DNA from: a virus
Taxonomy: Duplodnaviria; Caudoviricetes
Length of the DNA: 30,825 nucleotides
Strand: one strand, 5' to 3'
Virus record (IMG/VR): IMGVR_UViG_3300025103_000098
Location: 1-30,825 of that record
The translations under genes were made by a program, and so were the position numbers. Position 1 is the stretch's first letter; every line of letters begins with the position of its first letter. Below the pieces are notes generated by a model. It worked only from the letters and a program-made list of their open reading frames with translations, was not told the origin of the DNA and did no database searches. Below, piece after piece: positions 24,027 through 30,825 of this stretch.

Positions 24027-25282
24027 GAGTGACTCAACGGCCCCCACTTGTCTCGGTATCCACCAAGGCTGGAGTCTCCACCGTTCTTCACCCATCTACG
24101 TGGGATCTCGGTCATGTACCGCTGCTCCAACTTGATGATCTCATCCTCGGCCTTGTCTTGGTAGATCTTGTGTTGAGGCAAGTTGTTGTGCTTGACGAAC
24201 AGATCCGACAGGGCGCGGTAGGCCAGGTACTGGTGATGCGCTGCGGGGAACTGTGGGGAGTCCGTGTCCTCAATCAGCATCGGTGGCCGGTACATGTATC
24301 GGACAGTGATCTCAGTATCGACCGCCTGCCGAGGATACATGCGGATCCGCTGGTAGTTGCCGTCCACCTCGGAGAGTCGCTCCATGAACTGCCAGTCGTT
24401 TCCAGGGGGTGCGAGGGGGACAACGGTTACAGCCGCCCCTGGCGGGTAGCTGGTTCCGGGTGGAACAGACCTATAAGCCTTGTATGGCGAGAACTTCACC
24501 CAGAGCTCCTGGTAATACCCGGACCTCACGCCGTTCTCAGCCATGTTGACGGTGATCCCAGGGGTTCCACCAGTTGGTGTGGCGGTGATGGCTGGGCTTG
24601 GGGCTGAGCGGCGGTTGCCGTACACAAAGGTTCGGACGAAGCTGTACTCTGTGCCGACCGAAAGGGCTGGACCAGGAGTAAGTGTTGACGAGCCAATACC
24701 AACTGGAGATGGAACAGTGAAGTCGTCGTGGTGGACCCAGTGTGTAGATGTGCCCACCTCATCAAGCGGCAGCGCCCACATCTCATCTTCAAAGCGGGTG
24801 AGCGAGGCAAAGTTACCAATGTCTGCCGGGTTGGCGTTGCCCACGCGGTCTCTGGTTCCAATCTGGAGAACGGATACGCAGTCCTGGGGCAGGTCAACAA
24901 ACCGGTGCTTGACCTTGACGGCAACCCCAGCGGCAGTGAGTCCCTCGTAGGGCTTCGTTAGATACAGGGTGTTTGTGGCCACATCAATCCAGGCGATGTC
25001 GTACTCGACACCACCAACCTCTGCGACTTGGCCGTCCATCCATGATGCGCCAACCGTGAATGCGGTGACATCTGTGGACCCGTTTGTTGTGGAGCCCGTT
25101 GTCGTCACATCTGCATAGGCAGTCGCGACTGTTTCCTTCTGAGCGAAGGTGAATGCCTTTTCGGCAAAGAGCTCAAACAGAGCATTGTTGATGAGTCGCG
25201 TGACCTCATCATCGTATGTGGTCACCGTGGGATCATAGTCGGTAACGGTCTTGACCAAGCCGATGATGTCCGTCAGACGCAT
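24023..25282 (-). CDS. head-tail adaptor / tubular protein A-like with large beta-rich insertions
   Basis: GAGGTG SD; helical N-terminus (INNAL.EL), LPQDC..V, Y..RPP.L..DTDSP.FP..HH..L.Y.AL. Confidence 0.7.
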   Translation of the reverse strand: MRLTDIIGLVKTVTDYDPTVTTYDDEVTRLINNALFELFAEKAFTFAQKETVATAYADVTTTGSTTNGSTDVTAFTVGASWMDGQVAEVGGVEYDIAWIDVATNTLYLTKPYEGLTAAGVAVKVKHRFVDLPQDCVSVLQIGTRDRVGNANPADIGNFASLTRFEDEMWALPLDEVGTSTHWVHHDDFTVPSPVGIGSSTLTPGPALSVGTEYSFVRTFVYGNRRSAPSPAITATPTGGTPGITVNMAENGVRSGYYQELWVKFSPYKAYRSVPPGTSYPPGAAVTVVPLAPPGNDWQFMERLSEVDGNYQRIRMYPRQAVDTEITVRYMYRPPMLIEDTDSPQFPAAHHQYLAYRALSDLFVKHNNLPQHKIYQDKAEDEIIKLEQRYMTEIPRRWVKNGGDSSLGGYRDKWGPLSHS

Positions 25283-25300
25283 ATCTCACCTCAGATGGGG

Positions 25301-25335
25301 AAAACCCCCAGCCCAGTTGTGGCCGGGCTGAGGGT
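25301..25335 (-). terminator. intrinsic terminator after capsid/cement genes
   Basis: minus strand accctcagcccgg-ccacaa-ctgggctgggggt followed by short U-run. Confidence 0.7.
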
Positions 25336-25348
25336 CATTGTGGGCAGA

Positions 25349-25768
25349 TCAGTACGAGCGCGGCGAGACAAACACGGTTGCCGAGTTGCCTTCAGCAGTC
25401 GTGAGACAGATGCCACAGACGCCACCGTCACCTTCACCACCGCCGGCATCGTTGTCGAACGGGATGGCGCGGCCAGCGGTCCCACCAATGGTGATGCTCA
25501 AGCCAGCAGTCGTTCCAGTTGTGACGTTGGCAGTCACCTTACCAGCGACACACACCCGGACGGGTTCACCGGCACCGGCAGTGGTGTCAAGCGCCACGCC
25601 AAGGGCCGAGATGGTTGACGGATCATCATCGTCAGCCTGGACACAGATTGTGCCGTTGCCAGACACCCAGTCACCAGTGGTGATGGGGCCACCAGACGTG
25701 TAGTACTTGACTTCTGCCTGGGCATCGAGCCCAGAGAGTCCCTTCGCGTTGTGCATGGAAAGAGCCAT
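25349..25768 (-). CDS. capsid cement/decoration protein
   Basis: GGGAGGT SD; ITxGDxV...ALGVAL...GEPVRVCVAG; directly after MCP. Confidence 0.75.
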   Translation of the reverse strand: MALSMHNAKGLSGLDAQAEVKYYTSGGPITTGDWVSGNGTICVQADDDDPSTISALGVALDTTAGAGEPVRVCVAGKVTANVTTGTTAGLSITIGGTAGRAIPFDNDAGGGEGDGGVCGICLTTAEGNSATVFVSPRSY

Positions 25769-25779
25769 GATTACCTCCC

Positions 25780-26793
25780 TTACGCTTCAGCGTTGATGAG
25801 CGCGCCGTGAGCCGCAAGATGGCTCGGCACGATCTGTGAACGGACGCAGATGTTGGCTGCCCGGGAAGCGTACCCGGAGACCGACTCAAAGTCCAAGAGT
25901 GCAAACTTGGCGTCCCGGTCGTAATAGACATGGAACAGCTTGCTGTTGAGGAAGTACATAGACACGTTCGTGCCTCCGACGCTTGCTGCGAAGCCAAGGT
26001 TTGGCTCCACAAACATCTTCGCTCCGTTGTACGCGAGGGCCAGCTTTCCGCCGTCCAACACGCTCTCAGTTGCGCTGATGTACCGCTCCTGGGTCTGGAG
26101 CTGCTTCTTGTAGAGTTCGTAGGATGTCGGGCTCGCAAGAACCAGATCCATCGTTCCCTCAGGGGCATATGTCATCGACTGGACGTGCAGGCTGCTCATC
26201 TGGTCAAGGCCATTTGCCGAGAAGTTGCCACCAACATTGCCCATCTGGTTCTGCCAGGAGGCTGGGAAGTCAGACTTGACAATGCCACCAACGGTGTTGG
26301 TTTGCGGGGCACCGAATGCCAGCTCTTCAAACCAACCAGTGTTGGCGTCGAAGCCGTTCAACGTCTGAAGCTCAGTGAGGATGGTCGAAGAACCAGCGAT
26401 GGTCTGCTTCTCCCATTCACGCTTGAGCATGCCCATCACACTCTTGAGGCGAGCCTCAGCGATGCGGATGATGGCACGTTCGCCCTTGTTGGACAGCTCC
26501 TCTTTCTTCGTGATGACCACGGGGGCCACGAAGTCACACCACTCAAAGTTGGCAGTGCGAAGAGGATCGGTCACACCAAGAGACACAGGCTCATAGCCGG
26601 TGGACAGTTGGGTGATGTTGGAGTGCTCGGCCAGAATGACCGGATGCTGCACCTGGGATCCACCGTCAACAGTCTCAACACCGCCCAACGCTTCAATCTC
26701 ACTGAGGAGAGGCGTGGTGCGGTGAAGGTTGTCAACTTCCTTGTCGCGGAGGATTCGCAGGGTGCTCGAAAGAATATCATTGCTGATAGCCAT
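25780..26793 (-). CDS. major capsid protein
   Basis: 337 aa after scaffold; STL...VDNL....PLL...GG..V..PV pattern; AGGTG SD before ATG 26793. Confidence 0.88.
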   Translation of the reverse strand: MAISNDILSSTLRILRDKEVDNLHRTTPLLSEIEALGGVETVDGGSQVQHPVILAEHSNITQLSTGYEPVSLGVTDPLRTANFEWCDFVAPVVITKKEELSNKGERAIIRIAEARLKSVMGMLKREWEKQTIAGSSTILTELQTLNGFDANTGWFEELAFGAPQTNTVGGIVKSDFPASWQNQMGNVGGNFSANGLDQMSSLHVQSMTYAPEGTMDLVLASPTSYELYKKQLQTQERYISATESVLDGGKLALAYNGAKMFVEPNLGFAASVGGTNVSMYFLNSKLFHVYYDRDAKFALLDFESVSGYASRAANICVRSQIVPSHLAAHGALINAEA

Positions 26794-26812
26794 GAGATAC
26801 ACCTATGGTATT

Positions 26813-26902
26813 GGGCCCTGTATAGGCCCTTGTTTCACGTTTAAAGACTGTTCGGTTGTCCCGATCCGGGGCCGTGGTCTTGGCGTGTCCCATAGGGGGT
26901 GC
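26813..26902 (-). ncRNA. structured 5' leader of major capsid gene (cis-regulatory RNA candidate)
   Basis: two similar internal-loop hairpins (26883-26902, 26853-26874) plus GGGCC/GGCCC hairpin. Confidence 0.55.
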
Positions 26903-26916
26903 GTCGATCCGATACC

Positions 26917-26945
26917 ACAATACCGGACTAATGTTGACAACGCAA
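26917..26945 (-). promoter_or_regulatory. sigma70-like promoter for capsid gene
   Basis: minus strand TTGCGT-17bp-TATTGT. Confidence 0.55.
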
Positions 26946-26955
26946 GGGCACGATA

Positions 26956-27807
26956 TCAGCGCGAAGCCTTCTGCCTCTCATACCACTGGTAAATCCCAAC
27001 AGCGTCCAGGCCGTCTGGTGGCTTGATGTTCCCGCTTGTTCGTGTACCCCCAGACACCTTGAGCCCCGCCTCGCGTGCGGCGGTGCGGAACCGGGCGAGC
27101 TCCTCAGCCTGGGCCTGTGTTGACGAGGACAATGACTTACCCTTGGCGATCCAGTATGCCTGCTCAAGTCGGATGTTCTCATCGCCCAACATGATCTCTT
27201 TGACGTTCCCTCTCAGGGTGTCGTTGGTCTTCAGGTCGGGATGCTCAGACATAAACGCTTGCAGCTTGGCCTTGGACTGGGCCTTGAACTGCTGCTCACG
27301 CATGGGCTTGAGGACTTCAGTGAACTGCTCTGCCACCTGGCGCTTGATGTGCTCCACAACAGAGTCTGGGTTGTAGGGATCGAACTCCCCCATCTCCTTG
27401 TTGGACAGTTCTTGCAGGGCCTTGAATGCCTCGGACTCAAAGAGTGCCGCACGCTGTGCCTCAATCTGTCGTCGCTCATCTGCGATGGCTTGGGTCTTCT
27501 GCGTGTAATCCCGGCGCATGTTGGCCAGGAGCTTCTTTGCATCATCTGGAAGCGCAGCCAGGGTCTCATCAAAGGAGATGCCGGTGTGCTCTTCGTCGCT
27601 GGCCAGGACTTCGTCGGTCTTGGCTGCCTCGAGTAGCGCCTCGATCTTGTCGTCGGTCTCTTTCTTGATGGCCATGGGTGACCGGCGGCCACCCTCGTCG
27701 ATCATCTGGACGGGCTCAGTGGGATTACCCGCTGGTTCGGTTGTCGCCTCAGGGGCGGGGGTATCGTCAACAGCAGGCGCTGCCTCGATGACTTCTGGTG
27801 TGCTCAT
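26956..27807 (-). CDS. capsid scaffolding protein
   Basis: acidic N-terminus, DYTQKTQ motif, coiled coil; GGAG SD before ATG 27807 (alternative start 27819). Confidence 0.85.
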   Translation of the reverse strand: MSTPEVIEAAPAVDDTPAPEATTEPAGNPTEPVQMIDEGGRRSPMAIKKETDDKIEALLEAAKTDEVLASDEEHTGISFDETLAALPDDAKKLLANMRRDYTQKTQAIADERRQIEAQRAALFESEAFKALQELSNKEMGEFDPYNPDSVVEHIKRQVAEQFTEVLKPMREQQFKAQSKAKLQAFMSEHPDLKTNDTLRGNVKEIMLGDENIRLEQAYWIAKGKSLSSSTQAQAEELARFRTAAREAGLKVSGGTRTSGNIKPPDGLDAVGIYQWYERQKASR

Positions 27808-27837
27808 TGCGTGCTCCATTGGAGTGCGGGTTGGTGA

Positions 27838-28422
27838 TTAGACTCTGGCTGCGAACAGATCCTCGTCTTCGGTAGAGAGACCGCCACCGGAGGTGGGTGG
27901 AGCGGCGGGGAGCGGCTCATCGGGGGCCACCTCCGGGGCGGCGGATTCCTGTTCAGGCATGTTCGTGTTCAGGAACCGCTCAAAGTCCGCAGAATCAGAC
28001 AGTGCGCGCAGCTTTCCGGCCAATGCAATCATGTCCTGGTCGGTGGTGGCCCTCTCAAGGTCTTGTGCCAGGTCCATCATGGCGGCATCCTTGGCGGCGG
28101 CGGCCACCATCATCAGCATTCGCATGAACTCTGGCGGAAGTGTCTGGCTGTCCTCGGTGAAGTCCTCATATGGCTCTTCAATGCCAAACTTGGGCAGCAA
28201 CTTGTTGAGTTCTGTCACCACAGTGTTCAAACCGTCCACCGTGAAGTCTCCCACGGGGGATGAGGCCCCAAGGGCGTCGTCGGTGGCGTCATCTGCCTCT
28301 TGTGCGGCCCGTGCCACGGAGCCTGGGAGTTGAGGTGCGTCTGGAACTGGCGCGTCGGCCTCAACCTCTTCAAGAATCTCGATGTCACCCCCATTTGTGG
28401 GGGCTGGTGGGTATGTGGGCAT
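27838..28422 (-). CDS. acidic hypothetical protein of head module
   Basis: TGATG coupling; D/E/P-rich termini. Confidence 0.75.
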   Translation of the reverse strand: MPTYPPAPTNGGDIEILEEVEADAPVPDAPQLPGSVARAAQEADDATDDALGASSPVGDFTVDGLNTVVTELNKLLPKFGIEEPYEDFTEDSQTLPPEFMRMLMMVAAAAKDAAMMDLAQDLERATTDQDMIALAGKLRALSDSADFERFLNTNMPEQESAAPEVAPDEPLPAAPPTSGGGLSTEDEDLFAARV

Positions 28423-28829
28423 CAGGCGGTGTCCTCTGAGGGGAATGTTTCAGCAAATGCTCTGCCCATATCACCATGGTTATCCATAGATGCTTGGTAT
28501 CTGGACATGTCTTGGTCGTGAGACTTCTTCTCGTTGATTGAATCTTGGACTTTGGAGTCACAAAAGCCGCCCGCCATGTCGGACTCATGCACCAGGCCCT
28601 TATCGGCCAGCACCTTGTCCTTGTGTTGGGCGTTTTCGATGTATGTCCCGAGTGCTGAGTCGTAGTACCCACGGCCATCACCCCATCTGCCCGGCGTATT
28701 GGCCACCAAGCTTAGAATGTGGCGTGCATCTGTACCGCAGATCTCACATTTGATGCTTTCTGGGCGCTTCGTGTGGTGAAACAAGTCCTCGGTAACGTGA
28801 CCTTGGAGGCATCGAAACTCGTACATCAT
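28422..28829 (-). CDS. FmdB-like zinc ribbon protein in head module
   Basis: MYEFRCxxGH...CxxCG; ATGA-coupled to portal. Confidence 0.75.
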   Translation of the reverse strand: MMYEFRCLQGHVTEDLFHHTKRPESIKCEICGTDARHILSLVANTPGRWGDGRGYYDSALGTYIENAQHKDKVLADKGLVHESDMAGGFCDSKVQDSINEKKSHDQDMSRYQASMDNHGDMGRAFAETFPSEDTA

Positions 28830-30514
28830 GAGGGCAGAACGCTTGCAATCTGCTCAGGACTTGGCAGGCCCCCAGGCATGAGACCCATGGTCTCAGGGGA
28901 CTGATTTGGGGCGGGCATTGGCATTCCAGGTGGCATCTGCCCAGGCATACCTGCCGGCCCGGCTGGCATCGCCTCATTGAAGGACTCTGGGAGGTCAAGC
29001 AGGCGCACAACCTCAGAGCGAAGGGCGTCGGCTGGCACGCCGAGCTCCATCAATAGACTGATGGCACCAAGCAGTTCCCCCTTCTTTTGGGCCTCAGACA
29101 TGGGCGTAGAGCCGGAGTCCTGGGCAAAGTAGGAGAAGTCTCCAGACAGATCCTTGGGGCTCAAGACATCCGTCTTGCCGTTCATGATGATCATGTCCTT
29201 CTTGCCCTCAGCCAGGTACAGGCCCATCATCGCAATGTAGATGCGGGAGATGGCCTCAATGGACCCGTCACGCTCTCTGGCAAGCCGGCCCACCTCGGAG
29301 TGGCTGTAGGAAGCCAGTGCGGTGATCTCAGTGGCTGTGGCGCGGCTTGATGCCTGTCCCCGCGTGAACGGAGCCATGACGCTGCCTCTGTCGAGATCCG
29401 TCTGGACTTGCTCGATGTAGTGCTGGATCTCTGGTGGGGTCTGCGTGTGTGGCACAGGCTGAACAGTTCCAGCCAGGGTTTGGCCTGGACTCAGATCCAC
29501 TTCGATGAACTCACCATCTTGGCCCAGCGAGATCTTGGCCATGGCCTCTGAGTCGATGACCCCCTTCTCCACCAGCCACTGGCGCGATGCCTTCCGGACA
29601 GCGTTGGCTTGGAAGGTTCGCGAAATGTTGACTTCTTGGATCTGGTCATACACACGGTGCAACGCCGAGTATCCGCGCACGGGGTTGTCGGGAAGCCGGC
29701 TATAGTACACGGGGGAGATGGGAACGATGGGGTGATCGTCGGCTGTGCGGAAAGGAATGCGTCGGATCTTCTCCGTGCTTCCCTCGATGTCGATGTCGAT
29801 CCCGTCGAAGAGCCACTTCTTTCCATCAGCGTAGTTCGGGCTCCACACCAGGAGTCGGTCGCTGACCATGTCATAGAACTCAACGACCTGGATGAACTTG
29901 TCAAAGTCGTCAGACTCAGACTCTGTCACCCCGGCCCCATCAGGAACGTCGTTGTCCAGGTAGTCGCTCTTCGCTTGTGCTTTGTACTTCTTGTTTCCCC
30001 ACAGGGCGCGGGCCTTGTGTAGTGGAACCCAGTATCGGTGGCCGATGTACCGCTGGTCATCCCAAGAGTCAGCCTTGTCGTCCACCAGGATGTCCCACGG
30101 CTTCACGGGTGTGGTACGCACACGCCGGAATGGATCGGGGTGATCCACGGGGCTCATCTTCAAGAATGCACAAGGGAAGATCAGGGCCAGCCGGGAGGCG
30201 TCTTCGACTTGGGAGCGGATGCTGAGCAAGAACTGGTTGACCAGGGCCTCAGCCTTCATGGCGTTTCCACGTCCACGCACGTCGCCCTTGACAACAACAG
30301 ACGGATTCCGCGAGAACAAGGATGCGATGTAGCCCTCGATGAACTCATACGCTCTCGAGGTCTCGATGATGATCTGGCCTCGGGCCTCTTGGGTTCGATC
30401 CCAGTAGTTCGTCTCGTATGCGGCCTTGAGCTTTCTAAGGCGCGGCCTCATGTCGTCCCAGTATAGGTCGTGTTCCTGCACAAGGCGGGCGGCGGTCTTT
30501 GGTTCCAGTTTCAT
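28826..30514 (-). CDS. portal protein
   Basis: 562 aa after terminase; RATATEI motif, Pro/Met/Gly-rich C-terminal tail. Confidence 0.88.
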   Translation of the reverse strand: MKLEPKTAARLVQEHDLYWDDMRPRLRKLKAAYETNYWDRTQEARGQIIIETSRAYEFIEGYIASLFSRNPSVVVKGDVRGRGNAMKAEALVNQFLLSIRSQVEDASRLALIFPCAFLKMSPVDHPDPFRRVRTTPVKPWDILVDDKADSWDDQRYIGHRYWVPLHKARALWGNKKYKAQAKSDYLDNDVPDGAGVTESESDDFDKFIQVVEFYDMVSDRLLVWSPNYADGKKWLFDGIDIDIEGSTEKIRRIPFRTADDHPIVPISPVYYSRLPDNPVRGYSALHRVYDQIQEVNISRTFQANAVRKASRQWLVEKGVIDSEAMAKISLGQDGEFIEVDLSPGQTLAGTVQPVPHTQTPPEIQHYIEQVQTDLDRGSVMAPFTRGQASSRATATEITALASYSHSEVGRLARERDGSIEAISRIYIAMMGLYLAEGKKDMIIMNGKTDVLSPKDLSGDFSYFAQDSGSTPMSEAQKKGELLGAISLLMELGVPADALRSEVVRLLDLPESFNEAMPAGPAGMPGQMPPGMPMPAPNQSPETMGLMPGGLPSPEQIASVLPS

Positions 30515-30825
30515 TCAGCCACTCTCCATGGGATGACCTGACCTCGGATGCGCTTTGCTCGTGCTGAGCTCAGGCGCTTGTCCATCAGGCTTCGGGTAAA
30601 GCCTATCACCTGACGGCGTGGCAAGTCGCGCATACATCTGTAGGCCAGAGCCATTGACATGGCCATATCGTCGTGCAGCCCGCGTGGCGCTTCAGGGTTG
30701 ATGGACTTCACGATGAGCTGTCTGAGCTCCATACAGGCGGATGCGGGCATGCATCGAATCAATCCGCTCACCAGGAACTCACGGAAGACTTCATATGCCT
30801 CAAGCTTACTCTTGACGGATGTTGT
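30511..30825 (-). CDS. terminase large subunit, C-terminal nuclease fragment (runs off window edge)
   Basis: frame open to 30825: TTSVKSK...ELR...AP.G.HDDMAMSMALA. Confidence 0.88.
   Translation of the reverse strand, partial: TTSVKSKLEAYEVFREFLVSGLIRCMPASACMELRQLIVKSINPEAPRGLHDDMAMSMALAYRCMRDLPRRQVIGFTRSLMDKRLSSARAKRIRGQVIPWRVAE

Noticed and set aside
12493-30225. Many long + strand ORFs opposite late genes (e.g. 13567..14097, 14113..14775, 25930..26844)
   Set aside because: Shadow frames of GC-rich coding DNA; Ser/Arg-rich or implausible products and no evident RBS.
1-30825. Stop-codon recoding, DGR/reverse transcriptase, intron/intein or tRNA
   Set aside because: Core genes are intact in the standard code and tightly coupled; no RT, TR/VR pair, intein motif or cloverleaf was recognised by eye.

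Overview
This window is most of a GC-rich (about 60% by eye) tailed dsDNA phage genome with podovirus-type architecture. Bases 1-8013 (mostly + strand) form an early/replication arm: many small Cys-rich genes, a lambda-O-like initiator with internal iterons, a helicase-loader-like gene, an oppositely oriented Cro-like/RusA pair, a Rad52-like annealing protein with a Cas4-like exonuclease, a papain/transglutaminase-like protein and an FmdB zinc ribbon. Bases 8010-30825 (- strand) form a late arm: terminase C-terminus, portal, scaffold, major capsid, cement, adaptor, nozzle, three paralogous fibre-like proteins, three ejection-type proteins (largest 1717 aa), a peptidase M15 endolysin and six small membrane or secreted genes. 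No integrase, DNA polymerase, tRNA or CRISPR array was seen. The most interesting signals are non-coding. (1) A small hairpin with an asymmetric, C-loop-like internal loop occurs three times in the head operon; one copy occludes the scaffold RBS and two lie in the capsid leader, suggesting an RNA-based head-assembly control circuit. (2) The exact 11-mer CCACACCCACC occurs six times, with GGGC/GCCC hairpins and a 31-bp duplicated RBS cassette, marking early gene boundaries. (3) A structured rep leader has a coupled leader ORF and complementary loops. All product calls come from motif recognition and synteny only; no searches were run.
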